64,000 nucleotides of DNA, taken from NCBI GenBank assembly GCA_951406725.2, contig OX597835.1, positions 29,822,001 to 29,886,000 on the forward strand, given 5' to 3'. The translations under genes were made by a program, and so were the position numbers. Of the stretch, positions 12,492-26,410 are shown one piece after another. The DNA is from Octopus vulgaris (Eukaryota). The first letter of the stretch is position 1. The number at the start of each line of letters is the position of its first letter. The notes beneath the pieces were generated by a model. That model saw only the letters and a list, made by a program, of their open reading frames with translations. It was not told where the DNA came from and ran no database searches.

Positions 12492-12754
12492 GCACATACA
12501 CACACACATACACACACACACGCAAACGTACACAAACACACACACATGAACGCACACACATATACACGACAGTTGAGCCTTACCATTTTCTACTGTCCCC
12601 CTACCCCCGTCCCTCTCTCCTTGCCCTTGTTCTCCCCCTCTCCTCCTTTCTCTTCCTTCGCTTCGATGCCAAAAATGGCAGCGAGGTGTTCCAGGACAAT
12701 TTCTGTCATAACCCAGCATAACATAACTGATCATACTTTCATGGAACCCTTGGC

Positions 12755-13360
12755 GACGGTGGTGGTGGTGGTTGTGGTAGTGGTGGCGGTGGTGGTGGTG
12801 CTGGCAGTGGTGGTGGTGGTTGCAGTGGTGGCGGTGGCAGTGGTGGCGGTGACAGTGGTGGCGGTGGAAATGGTGGTGGTGACAGTGGTGGCGTAGCAGT
12901 GGTGGTTGTGATGTTATTGCTGTTGTTGATGGTAGTGGCAATGGTGGCGGTGGCAGTGGTGGCGGTGGCAATGGTGGTGGTGATGTTATTGCTGTTGGTG
13001 GTGGTGGTGGTGGTGGTGGCAGTGGTGGTGGTAGTGGTGATGATACTGGCAGCTGTGATTGCAGTAGTGGTAGTAGTGCTGACGGTGGTGTTGCTGTAAG
13101 TGGTGGTGATGGTATTGGTGGTGGTCGCGGTATTGGTGGTGGTAGCAGTAGTGGGGATGGTATTGGCGGTGGTGGTGGGGTAATGTTAGTGGTGGAGGTT
13201 GTAGTGGTAGTGATGATATTGGCGATGGTGGTGGTTGTGGTGGTAGTGGTGGAGGTGGAGGTTGTGGTGGTAGTGGCGGTGTTGGTAGTGGTAGAGGTGA
13301 TTGTATTGGTGCTGATGACGGTACTGGTCGTATTGGTAGTGGTAGTGGTGGTGATAGTGG
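12755..13360. repeat. degenerate (GGT/GTG)n low-complexity tract
   Basis: Triplet repeat that explains the Pro/Thr/His/Val-rich ORFs. Confidence 0.85.
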
Positions 13361-13959
13361 CGAAAGGAAACTCAAAAACAAAGTCAAGACGGGGAATACA
13401 CTGGAAATTCCCTTTGCACCGTAATCTCACGAAATCTCTCATGTTACCAGTCCCCACCCCCACCACCACCACCACCGCCATTCTCTCCGCCAACCCCCAC
13501 CACCACCGCCATTCTCTCCGCCAACCCCCACCATCACAACGCCGATGCGATTTCCCCGACGTTGTCACCACCACCACCACCACCACCACCACCGCTGAGG
13601 CCGCCATATTCCGTGAAGCTTGTCATTAATTTCTGCGTATAATGAAGAGGTGTCGTGTCAAACGTTACATTTCGTAACGTCATCCACCGACTTAGAAGTC
13701 AGGTGTTGCTTTATGATGGTATGCGTCTGTACGTCTGTATGTCTGTATGTTCATTGTCAGGTGCATACACGTGTGTACGCACACATACCCGCACACACAC
13801 ACACACACACATAGGCACACACATACACACACACACACACACACACAATGTTATGAGGGCGTTTACGTATTCTCGTCCTAAAAGCTGCGAGGATTTGAAA
13901 GCGGACGCATGAGTAGCCGACGTCGTGGCGCTGGCGTTGGCGTTGGCGTTGGAGCTGCC

Positions 13960-14003
<44 letters not shown>

Positions 14004-14215
14004 GGGTGGTGGCAGCGGCGGCGGCTGAGGCGACTGGGGTGGTGGAGGCGGTGGCTTTGGTGCGGGATATCCTGTTCAACAGAACTCTATCAGAAAAAGA
14101 AGGGATCAGGCTTAAGGATTAAGAAACCATTGGCGGCAATAGTAATGGATGGAATAGGTAATGGAAGAGGTGCGTGGTAGGAGGGTGTCAGGTTGTATAT
14201 GTGATAAGTACATAT

Positions 14216-14246
<31 letters not shown>

Positions 14247-14319
14247 CACACACATATATATATGTATGTATAATATGTATATACATACATACATTACGTC
14301 TATTGACATATTTTGTATT

Positions 14320-14756
14320 GGATCTTTTCGGTTTGAACGGCAGTTTTTTCTAGCGGTGTCATATGAAATTGTCACCCATAATTATGACCCTAGTATCGAT
14401 CTATTCCATTTCAATCTGTTTTAGGGTTATGGTTAGGGGTAGGGCTGGGGGAAAGGGTATCTTTTTTTTCTTCACAAATGTAAATAAACCCAATCTGTTT
14501 CTTAAACGAGGGACATATTAATGCGGCACAGAATGTTTCTTACATCAATGGACGTCAGTGATTGGTTGAAATTGCAGAAATTGAAGAAAAAAAAACAACA
14601 AATATCTTACAAACTATAGAATTTTCTCAATAAAGCCAAGAGAAAAATATGTTTTACAAACACATTTTACCAGTAGTTTAAAATTATCTAGAAGTTTAAA
14701 ATTATTTAGTTACCTAGAAATTATGTTAAAAACTGCCGTTCAAACCGAAAAGATCC
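14320..14756. mobile_element. MITE with GGATC... TIRs and an internal TTAGGG-like run, copy 1
   Basis: TIRs GGATCTTTTCGGTTTGAACGGCAGTTTT and AAAACTGCCGTTCAAACCGAAAAGATCC; second copy, inverted, at 29650-30058. Confidence 0.88.
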
Positions 14757-14909
14757 CGACTCTTTCTCTATTGGCAAGAAATCTTGAAATATAATTGAAA
14801 AATGACATATATAATATCATAGGCACTAATTTATCACAAAGCACGCTATCTATAATGTAGCGTGTTTGTTCACGAATATATACGTATTCAGTGCAGATTC
14901 TAGAGTATG

Positions 14910-14954
<45 letters not shown>

Positions 14955-15055
14955 TTTCTCAGGAAGACATGATATACCTATCATTATGGGTAATACCAAA
15001 TGTACCTTTCGGATTTTTCATAATGTAATGTAAATCTTTGGTATAACAATTGCAT

Positions 15056-15146
15056 GCGGCTGAAGAGAGCTTTAAACCATCATTTATGTCGATTATACAA
15101 TAATGTAAGAATAGGTCGTTTATAAAGCTTGAAACACGTGTACCGC
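15056..15146 (+). ncRNA. type I hammerhead ribozyme with canonical core and long helix II
   Basis: GCGG CTGAAGA GAGCTTTA...TAAAGCTT GAAAC ACGT GTA CCGC; lies in a 227-bp insert (14954-15180) between (TA)n tracts. Confidence 0.82.
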
Positions 15147-15178
15147 GACATCCTTTGTTCTCTGTTTTTGATTTCATT

Positions 15179-15251
<73 letters not shown>

Positions 15252-15406
15252 TGTATGTATGTATGTATGTATGTGTGTGTGTATGTGTGTGTGTGTGTAT
15301 TTAGATGTTCAGATATGTTTATGTATGAATATACGCTTATTTGAACCTTGTCTCTGTGTGTGTTTGTGTGTGCGAGTGCGCGCCACAACGGAATTCATAT
15401 ATATAA

Positions 15407-15438
<32 letters not shown>

Positions 15439-15958
15439 CACTTCTATGCCTGTTTTTTGTAAACATACATATATGTAAGTCTGCTAGCGTGCGTGTGAAT
15501 GTGCATGCGTGCTTGTGTATGTATGTATGTATGTATGTATGTATGTATGTATGTAGGTATGTACGTATGTATGCATGTACGCCCACACCTTCTTCTGAAA
15601 GGTGAATGTATGACGACATATTTGTCAGTTTTTAAGAACACGTGTGTTGCTCGAGTACACGTATCCACACACAGACGCATGCCCACACACACACTCACGT
15701 ACACACACAATCACACACATACACACACGTGTGTGAGTGTCTGTGTTTCCTATGTGTGTGTGTGCGTTCTTGTTTGCGTCTGCATATATGTATGTTTTTG
15801 TATACATATATATATGTACATACTTAAATATGCATACAATTATACACACATACTTAAACAAGTATATATATAAATTCATAAATATATGTATATGTATACA
15901 TATGTACACACGCACACACACACATATATATACATAGAAACATTTATATACATATATA

Positions 15959-15997
<39 letters not shown>

Positions 15998-16052
15998 CAC
16001 ATATACATACATCCACACATATACAATAATACTATCTTACTCATTTCAGTCA

Positions 16053-16234
<182 letters not shown>

Positions 16235-16758
16235 TATACATATATATATTTACATGTATATATATATATACATATATATATATACACATACACACCAGCA
16301 CACACAAATATATATGTGTGTATGTATACATACGTAAACACGCTAACCTATGCTCACGCACATTAAAACAGACATTCACACGCGAAAATAATGTTACGCC
16401 TGCGTAAAATCGGGGTATGTACCCTGCCCCGCCTTTTCGCCCTCTTTTATAAAGAAAACAAATAAAGTGACATCTAGTGTATATACATACGCGGACATCT
16501 GTATACGCACGTGCATAATTTACTCAGATAAACTCAGGTAAAAATGCAAAGCTCTCTCTCTGCCTCTCACCTCTTTCCTTCTTTCTTTCTTTCTTTCCTT
16601 CCGTCTTTCTTTACTTCTTTCTTTCTTTCCTTCTTTCTTTCCTTCTTTTTTCTTTCTTTCGTTCTTTCGTTCTTTCTTTCTTCCCTTCCTTCTTTCTTTC
16701 TTTCCTTCTTTCCTTCTTTCCTTCCTTCCTTCTATCCTTCCTTCCTTCTTTCTTTCTT

Positions 16759-16808
<50 letters not shown>

Positions 16809-16864
16809 TTTCGTTCTGTCTTTCTCTGTCTCTGTCTGTCTGTCTGTCTGTCTCCTTCTCTCTC

Positions 16865-16895
<31 letters not shown>

Positions 16896-16939
16896 ATGTA
16901 ATATGTACATCTTTAAATACATACATATCTACATGTATT

Positions 16940-17300
16940 GCGTGTGGCTGTGTGGTAAGAACCACATGGTTCTAAGTTCAATCCAGCAGTGTGGTTGGGA
17001 CCTTGGACAAGTTTCTTCAAGCATGGCCTTGGGTCGACCAAATCTTTGTGAGAGGATTTCGTTGACGGAAACAGGGGGAAAAACACTGCTGCATATATAT
17101 ATCTGTCTGTGTTTGCGTTTATCCTCCACTACTAGCTTGACAACCTCTGATGATTTGTTTACTTTCCCGTTAGCTAGCAGTTGGACAACAAATACCGATA
17201 GAATAAGTAACAGGCTATAAAAGGAAATGCTGGAGTCGCTTCATTTGACTAGATCCCTTCTGGGCGATGCCCTAGTGCAATGAATGAAACAAGTGAAAAA
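16940..17300 (+). mobile_element. SINE family A, diverged
   Basis: GTGGCTGTGTGGTAAG head through TGAAACAAG tail, with many substitutions. Confidence 0.7.
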
Positions 17301-17319
17301 TACATATACATATATACAT

Positions 17320-17520
17320 ACATTGAAATCCCAATGAAGGAGCTTTTGGATCTAGGTTAGAAACTGGTTCTTTCTCTATTGACAAGAAATCATGAAATAA
17401 ACTGAATAATGACATACATACGAACAAAAATACTCTGATGCTGATGTTAAAATTCCAACGAAGGAGCCTTAAATCTAGGTTAGAAACTGGCTCTTTCTAT
17501 TAGCAAGAAATCTTAAACTG
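17320..17520. repeat. two copies of a short unclassified repeat
   Basis: GAAGGAGC..TCTAGGTTAGAAACTGG..CAAGAAATC occurs twice; a 3' part also occurs at about 14760-14810. Confidence 0.6.
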
Positions 17521-17565
17521 ATTTTGATAACTAATGAAGAATTAGATCCCCCCTGAGTCTTATAC

Positions 17566-17752
17566 TGTTTTACTGTTTTACTTGTTTCAGTCATTTGACT
17601 GTGGCCATGCTGGAGCACCGCCTTTAGTCGAGCAAATAGACCCCAGGACTTATTCTTTCGGTCTCTTATACCGAACCGCTAAGTTACGAGAACATAAACA
17701 CACCACCATCGGGGGGGAAAATACAGGCACACAAATATATATACACACATAT

Positions 17753-17849
<97 letters not shown>

Positions 17850-18010
17850 GACGGGCTTCTTTTAGTTTCCGTTTACCAAATCCACTCACAAGGCTTTGGT
17901 CGGCCCGAGGCTATAGTAGAAGACACTTGCCCAAGGTGCCACGCAGTGGGACTGAACCCGGAACCATGTGGTTCGTAAGCAAGCTACTTACCAAACAGCC
18001 ACTCCTACGC
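17566..18010 (-). mobile_element. SINE family A
   Basis: Reverse complement of head and tail, with internal (TA)n. Confidence 0.85.
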
Positions 18011-18394
18011 TTGTTTTTTACTGTTGTTTATTTACAATGCATTCTATCAAGCAACGGCACACAGCACACTATCGGACGTTCATTGACAGTAAGTTTATAT
18101 ATATATTTGCTTTGCTTGAACGACTAATTTAACGAAGTCGCGTCTTGCCCCTACTTTCGAAACGCGGAGTAGATAAAACAGGGGAAAACTGATGAAACGA
18201 ATGTTCTTTATGTTCCCTTCTCGTTTCTCTATTTGTTTCTTTCGTTGTTCGGAAAAAAGTTCGTTTGCCAGGATTTTGTTTTTTATGTTCTCATTTCTCA
18301 TTTTGTTCACTTTTTTTTGACGTCCCGTACCCTACCCAAATATACATGTATATATACATTTATATGTAAGTATGTACATATATGTATGTATATA

Positions 18395-18510
<116 letters not shown>

Positions 18511-18884
18511 TTATGCATATTATTTATATTATTATATGATCAAACGTCACGCATCCATTTCCAAGTATAAATATATATATATATATATGAAAGAAGTTCG
18601 AAAACGCCACTATATAAGAATAATTTTAGTTCTTCTGAGAGATTTTAGATGCTTCGGTTCTTCTTAAAAAAACGGACCTTATCAAAAAAATACATTTTAA
18701 AATTTAAGCGTAATAAAAGAAAAGTTCATAATTATTTCTTACTAGTCGCAAAAGAGTCCACATGGTGGTGTTTTGTGTGAGAGAACATAATGGCTGTCTT
18801 GTATGTTGACTAGAATCGTTGGCTGTAATAGTGAAAGTGACTGTTAGGTGTAATAGCAGTAGTAGTAGAGACCGTTGGTCGTAG

Positions 18885-18917
<33 letters not shown>

Positions 18918-19071
18918 GTGTATGTGTGTGTGTGTGTGTGTGTTATGGAGATGTACTTGCATAGCAAGTGACTTGATCTGAGATTGTGTGCTGGAACGAA
19001 AACAATTGCAGCGTAGAAGGTGTTTATAAGCCATTTAAGAAACACACAAAATCCGTTAGATTCACTTCAAC

Positions 19072-19126
<55 letters not shown>

Positions 19127-19183
19127 TATATATATATATATGTATATGTATATATATGTATATATATACATATATATACACAC

Positions 19184-19230
<47 letters not shown>

Positions 19231-19616
19231 CATATATAACATATACTACGGCTTCTACACAGCCTTAGTCTACCAAATTCACTTACGAGACTTTGGTTAG
19301 CCTGGTGCTAAATTAGACGATATTTGCCCAAGGTACCGCGCAGTGGGTCTGAACTTGAAGCCACGGGATTTCAAAGTGATCTTGTTACAAACATAACCCT
19401 AACCGGTGCTACTTTCGCGTGTGATCAAACAACTCCAAAGGGGATAACGTTAGGTTAGTTTTTACTCCCTTTACTTTGCAACACTCCCAGCTGCCAAACT
19501 TGTGAGATCTACGCGCTTATTTTAATTATTATATTGTTTATTGTTGGATTATTATTATTATTATTATTTACTAAGATTTAAATGAAACATGGCTTTGTTA
19601 TTATTAGAATAGTAAG

Positions 19617-20240
19617 AAGGCACCCACCTGGCAGAAACGTTAGCAGGCCGGGCGAAGTGCTTAGCGGTATTTCGTCTGTCGCTACGTTCTGAGTTGAAAT
19701 TCCGCCGAGGTCGACTTTGCCTTTCATCCTTTTGGGGTCGATAAACTAAATACCAGTTACTCACTGGGGTCGATATAATCGACTTAATCCGTTTGCCTGC
19801 CCTTCTTTATCCTCTCTGGGTTTAGCCCCTTGTGGGTAGTAAAGAAATAGGTAGTTTGTCTGCCGCTACGTTCTGAGTTAAAATTCCGCCGAGGTCGACT
19901 TTGCCTTTCATCCTTTCGGGGTCGATTAAATAAGTACCAGTTACGCACTTGGGTCGATGTAATCGACTTAATCCATTTGTCTGTTCTTTTTTGTCTTGTC
20001 CCCTCTGTGTGTAGTCCTTTGTGGACAGTAAAGAAATATGAGACGTGGTACACCGGGCGAAATGGTCAGCGGTATTTCGTCTGTCTTTACGTTGTGTCCG
20101 AATCCTGCTAAGGTTGACTTTGCTTTTTATCGTTTCGGGGTCTATGAATTAAGTACCAGTTGCATACTTGAGTCGATCTAATCGACTGCACCCCCCCCCC
20201 CACCATATTTCGGGCCTCGAGCCTAGAGTAGAAAAGAATT
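19617..20240 (+). mobile_element. tandem trimer of SINE family B
   Basis: GAGGTCGACTTTGCCTTTCATCCTTT..GGGTCGAT..AGTACCAGTT occurs three times (about 19700, 19890 and a diverged copy at 20110). Confidence 0.85.
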
Positions 20241-20987
20241 ATTAGAATGGTAAGAATTTTGAACCAAAGAAACATTTACAGTGCTATGTATGTACAAAGG
20301 AATATATTTTTAAAAAATATGTAGCCAGCATCTTAAGGGTTCTTAGAAAACTAAAAAGCAACCTAAAGTAATCGCCCTTTAAGTTGTAGATCACACGCCA
20401 AAGTAGCACCAACATGCCTACATGAGGGGAATCTGGCTCTTACTTTTGGCAGATCAAGTGACTGCGTAAGTTATGTATGGACAGCCTTATACCGAAAAGC
20501 GGGCCGCATGAAGCAGTTCTGCTCCTCAGAAATGCCCGCGAGTTGCAGTTTACCCACGACTGGTGTAAGGGCTTCCATGGCTTCTACGTCGTATTGATAA
20601 GGTCTTCATTGTTAAGGTCAGTAAAGGCACGTCTGCAGTGGCACAGTGCCGCTGGTGTCAATGCAGTAACGGTGTATTCTCATCAGAACGGAGAAGGTTA
20701 TGCGTTGTTGTGGTGTCACATGCATGCAGGTGCGTGAAGGGGAATCCTTTCCCGTTGACGAATATTTACCGTCTCGTTGTGCTCCTGCCTGGCAAACGGT
20801 CAGTCTGCCCAGGCCACACTGTACATTGCACATAGCGGCTTTGATTGGTTGGTAAACAATCTAGAGATTAATAAAAGAACAATAAAAGATAAGAAAAGAA
20901 AAGAAAAAACATCCTTGCCTCGAAAAAGACAAGGAAAACAAAACAACATGAAGGTGGAATGGAAGAGAGAGTGAGAGAGACGGGGAG

Positions 20988-21026
<39 letters not shown>

Positions 21027-21352
21027 AGACACCATAAGTGGTATAAATAGATGGAGCGAGGTGGGTGTTAATGGGAAAAGCGGAGGAATGGAAGGGAAAC
21101 AAAAAAGATAATTAGTTATGAAATAGATTCCGAAAGAAGTGAAAACACACACACACACACACACACTCACACACACAACACAGACACACAGACACACACA
21201 CGCACACACACAGCACATACACATACATGCAAACACATACGTACGCACACCTACATTCACACATACTGGTATAGATTTTTCAGGTCATACACAGAAGTTA
21301 AACCTAACTGCACGTACATACATACATACACGTATATATATGTATATATACG

Positions 21353-21397
<45 letters not shown>

Positions 21398-21419
21398 TAT
21401 ATAAATAAATATATCTATG

Positions 21420-21462
<43 letters not shown>

Positions 21463-21481
21463 ATGTACATGCATGGATGTA

Positions 21482-21517
<36 letters not shown>

Positions 21518-22134
21518 TGTATGTATGTATGCATGTGTATATAATCCACACCAAGGCCTCCCTCTACATCCACATTTTCCTTCACCAAACGCTAAAATAT
21601 ATAAATACAAGAAAAAAAGGAAAACAAATAAAAAGAATAAAGCCACAACGACCAGCAACAAGAACAACAACAACAAAACAACAGTAGCAGTATAATGGCA
21701 AATAATTTTAAAGGAAAATAAACAAAAGTCCAGAAGAATTGAACGAATAGAAGGAAATAAGAGATTTGACAGGTTCGCGCCCGCCTCTCTCTTCCCCTTT
21801 GGCAACTTGTAATTTTTTTCCTGTTTTTAATTTTTTACTGCCACTGTCCAATACTTGTCTTGTTGTTTTTGCTGTTGTTTTTATGGTCGTTATTGTTGTT
21901 GTTGCTGTTCTCTCTCCTTCTTCTTCTTCGCCTTTTCTCCTCCTCCACCCATCTCCCCCGTATTTCCCGCGCCTCCATCGCCATCTCCTTCACAGTCAAG
22001 TAAACGCTGTAATTATCTTGTCGTATCCTTATCTCTTAGAATAATTCATTTTCTCTTGTATATAAAGGTGTCAAATAATAGACAATTGCACCACAACCTC
22101 CTCTTTCACCCTCTCTCACACACACAAACACACA

Positions 22135-22168
<34 letters not shown>

Positions 22169-22312
22169 CATTACCATTAGCATGCCACCACCACCGCCAC
22201 CACAACCATCACCACCAACGCCATTACCATATCCACGAACCCAAATCTCTTTAGACCGATAATACCACAAACACGCACATATTCATTCGCATGTTTACAG
22301 GCAAACATATTA

Positions 22313-22349
<37 letters not shown>

Positions 22350-22569
22350 ACACACATACACACACGTACACACACACACACGTACACACACAAACACGCA
22401 CACACGCATGTACATATTTATATATACATTTATATATGTATACATATACATCTGTATAAACATGTGCGTGTGTATGTGTGTATGTATGTAAATATAAATG
22501 CATGCTAAACGCATATATACATGCATATATATATATATACATGCATATATATATATATATACATATAAG

Positions 22570-22602
<33 letters not shown>

Positions 22603-22604
<2 letters not shown>

Positions 22605-22807
22605 GCGCAAGAGTAGCTGTGTAAGTAGCTAGCTTCCCATTCGCAGCTCTGGGTTCAGTCCCACTGCGTGGCACCTTGGGCAAGTTTCTTCTACTATAGC
22701 CTCTGGCCGACGAAAGCCCTGTCTGTGGGTTTCGTGGACGGAAACTGAAAGAAGCTCGTCGTATACATATACATACATATATACATATACATATATATAT
22801 ATATATC

Positions 22808-22892
<85 letters not shown>

Positions 22893-23109
22893 ATATGTAT
22901 ATATATGTTTTTTTATTACCCACAAGGGGCTAAACATAGAGGGGACAAACAAGGACAGAAAACTTAGCGGTACGGCAAAAGGGACCAAAAGAGGCAAAAG
23001 AATAATTACTAAGCTTACAAAGAATAAGTCCTGTGAACGATTCACTCGACTAAACGCAGTACTCCAGCATGGCCGCAATCAAAATGACTGAAACAAATAA
23101 AAGAATAAA

Positions 23110-23110
<1 letters not shown>
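22603..23110 (+). mobile_element. SINE family A with an internal family B fragment
   Basis: Head at 22603-22762; TTTATTACCCACAAGGGGCTAAACA... (family B tail, minus strand) at about 22910-22958; then the family A tail. Confidence 0.8.
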
Positions 23111-23163
<53 letters not shown>

Positions 23164-23332
23164 GGAGTAAACACATAAATGTGAAACAAAGTGGAAAAAG
23201 AGTACTCAAATACATGGGATAGAGTAATATGCTTTATTTAAAAGCACCAGAAATTCAACAAAACCTGTTACTCGGAGTTTCACGTTCCCGATTCTATCAA
23301 GACAGATAGAATTGGCATATCGGTTCTATTTT

Positions 23333-23386
23333 AACAAAAACTGTCCGACGAACGGGGACGTGAAACTCCGAGTAACAGTTTTTGTT
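23333..23386 (+). ncRNA. type I hammerhead ribozyme, U4C variant
   Basis: AACAAAAACTGT CCGACGA ACGgggaCGT GAAAC TCCGA GTA ACAGTTTTTGTT: 12-bp helix I; AATAAA at about 23404; partial inverted copy at 23232-23290; the insert is flanked by (TA)n. Confidence 0.75.
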
Positions 23387-23409
23387 GAATTTCTACTGCT
23401 TTTAAATAA

Positions 23410-23453
<44 letters not shown>

Positions 23454-23456
<3 letters not shown>

Positions 23457-24076
23457 GAGGGGTTGCCGAAAAATTCCTGGCACTGAGCCTATTGTAAAAG
23501 ATCTTGCTGGACGCTCAACCTCTCGAGTCCTTTTACAGAGCTTAGAAAAAACTGAAGGACTGCTGCGATAGGTATGTAAATTTGAAAAGGGAATAATCTT
23601 TATATATAAAAGAGAAGTTGTGTGTCTTTCTCCTACGATTTAGATTCCTAACTACTCCCACATTTTGCGGTGCAGTTTAACCAAAACCGGGTATCTTATA
23701 GTCGTGATTCATATCGAGCCCTTCTGGGTATTAGCGCGCATCTACGATGAGTCTACGATTTAAAAAAAAAATTACCATAATTTTTCCGTATTTTTAATGC
23801 ATTTTCGCTCGGTTTATATAATGGAAGTAACTCTCTAAAAATGTATTATTAAATCTCAGAACGTAAAAAGCTACAGTAACACCTCCCCCCCTTTGTGGTT
23901 AGGCATATTGAGATGGCTATTATACTTTACATCTCTAAAAATACTTATATAGTTATTTCCCTTACAAACCGGAGTAACGCCGGGCGATACTGCTAGTGTT
24001 CAATAAAATCATAAGTAATTGATCTTACTGTATTTTCTTTTGCCCAAGGCCAAGAACGTTTCGGAGTTCGTCCTCG
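23454..24076. mobile_element. degenerate mariner-type MITE interrupted by a Helitron
   Basis: Ends CATGAGGGGTTGCCGAAAAATTCCTGGC and GCCAAGAACGTTTCGG...CCTCG(TA); the empty site reads like a mariner 3' end (GGGAATA/TGTTCAATAA). Confidence 0.55.
23597..23996 (+). mobile_element. non-autonomous Helitron
   Basis: 5' TC(TTTATATATAAAA), 3' CTAG, subterminal hairpin CCGGAGTAACGCCGG, inserted between A and T, no TSD. Confidence 0.85.
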
Positions 24077-24185
24077 TATGCATGAAATCAATTACTCTCG
24101 GCATAGCTTCTCGGAGTTTTGCTCTTGCGAAACATCACGCCACACCTATATATTGCTGTTATTAAGCAAAAACGTGCGTGCGATG

Positions 24186-24243
<58 letters not shown>

Positions 24244-24346
24244 ATATATATATGAAAGCGACAAATGGCCCGTCCTTTTCCCTCTTGTCCTTCTAATTGT
24301 TGTTTGTCCGAATGTTTTATTGTCCTCTATTGCGTTTTTGTTCTAC

Positions 24347-24393
<47 letters not shown>

Positions 24394-24963
24394 CATATAT
24401 TCATACATATATATATATACATATATATATATACATATATATATACATATATATATGTATACATACATATACGTACACAAATATATATATATATATATGT
24501 GTGTATGTGTGTGTGTGTGTTTGTATGAATACCGTTTATGTAAGCTCATCTCTGCTTATATGTCTGAGTTGTGACTGCGTGTGATATGTATTTCTGTGTG
24601 TGTGTGTATTTGCGTGTTCATGTTTGTATGTGCAAGTCATCTTGTAACAGGTTATTTTTCTAACTTGTCTCTAACACGACTCTCTCTGAACCACCAAACC
24701 CTCAAGCCACGACCACCACCCCAAACCCGCCAGCAATCTCTCACTTCCATACACCCATACAGTCACACACCCAGCCTACATAACAACACTCAGTCTAAAA
24801 AAATAAAGAAAGAAAGAAAAAAAGAAAAAAGAAAGGAAAGGGGTCACCAGTCCCTTTTTCCTTACCACTCAAAGACCCAATCCACTATATGACCTCCTCC
24901 TCCAATTGCTCATCACCTCCTACTCTCCTCTTCGTCTTCTTTTCAGTCATCGCCTCGCCTCCT

Positions 24964-25010
<47 letters not shown>

Positions 25011-25068
25011 ATACTACTAATAATAATAATAATAATTATAATAATAATAATAATAATAATACTTCCAT

Positions 25069-25102
<34 letters not shown>

Positions 25103-25552
25103 GCCATCGCTACTGCTGCTGTTGCTGCCTCTGCTCCTGCCACCAGTTCTCTCTTAATCTTATCATATGTGGTTACTACGTCCCAAACAGCCAAAAGATC
25201 ACGTTCAAGGGGCGCACTCGTATGACCCACGGGTATCCTGGTGCCACACCCGCCCTACTCGTTACTCCTTAATTTCTTCAATAAACAAACAAATTATTGA
25301 GCCTAGTTTACAGAAGACGGTCTGGGGTTAGGCCTTATGTGTGTGTGAATGTGTGTGTGTGAATGTGCGTGCCTGTGAATGTGTTTGTATGAATGCATGT
25401 GTGTGTGTGTGAATGTGTGTGTGTGAGTATATATGTGTGTGTGCATGTGTGTACGTGAATGTATGCGTATATGGCTATAAGTCTACTGACTGTATACTTT
25501 TGTGAGTAATGCATGTATATGGGTACATATCTATGTGTATAGTAATTCGTGC

Positions 25553-25598
<46 letters not shown>

Positions 25599-26084
25599 TG
25601 CCTGTATATGTGTGTGTTTGTGTGGTGTGCGTATTTTCCCTGTTTGTAATTTGCTCGCGCACGCGTAGTCTGTGTTTGTGCGAAGGTTTCGAAGCAACAA
25701 TAAGCAAGAACAACAACAACAACAACAATAACAACAAGAAAACCAGGGTTAAGTTTACGAAGTATGTAATTATGGAGTGAGAAAAGAACAAACTGGTATT
25801 TTACGTTTCGGACTGCGATGTTTCATCAAGACGAGTAACAACAAAAATATTGTTGCGTGCCAAGCAATGTCGTTTACAGCGGAGCAGCCAACAGTGGAGA
25901 TTTTCTGTATCCAACGCTGACTACCCGTTGGATCTCATACATATTCTAATGATTTCCTTTTACTTCGCTCATGCCATCTTTACTCTGAAAAAAATACTCT
26001 GTCCAAAACGTTGAATGTTCAACTCTTCACAGTAATTTCGCTGAACTCCTTTCGTTTTTCTTATATTATACCAGTTTTGCTGAC

Positions 26085-26410
26085 GTGGACTATTACCAGT
26101 CTTCCTGCATTTTGTTTAATTTATATTAACACAAGTAAACTCTGAAGAGCGTGGTATCTGTATTAGAGATGATTGTGAACTTCTTTTTAATTTTTACTAA
26201 AACCTTTGATATGGTCAACCACAGAATCTTATGTCACAAACTGTAAAACGTTTCTACATAACAAGAAATCCGAGTCTATGGCAATGATTGGAGTTCTGCA
26301 AGGCATCGTTCCGGGTCCCTGTCTATTTCTCATAATGCTGTTAGATATAAACAAAATTATACAATCGATAAACTGCTGACACTAGCAGCTGTGCTGATGA
26401 CGGTTAAGTG
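26085..26410 (+). pseudogene. CR1/L2-type LINE RT relic
   Basis: Fragmentary motifs FTKTFDMVNHRILCHKL, GVLQGIVPGPCLFLIMLLDI and ADD..K. Confidence 0.65.

Noticed and set aside
12129-13607. 492-aa ORF, the longest in the window
   Set aside because: Read-through of CATA, TA and GGT simple repeats; no domain or splice evidence
14420-14450. Telomere remnant
   Set aside because: Short degenerate run internal to a MITE
17325-17500. ATGAAGG-AGCCT..AGGTT-AGAAACTGG as a hammerhead
   Set aside because: Non-canonical at several core positions and no helix I
25797-25835. Minus-strand TTGATGA...CCGAAACGTA
   Set aside because: Uncompensated C3U and no helix I
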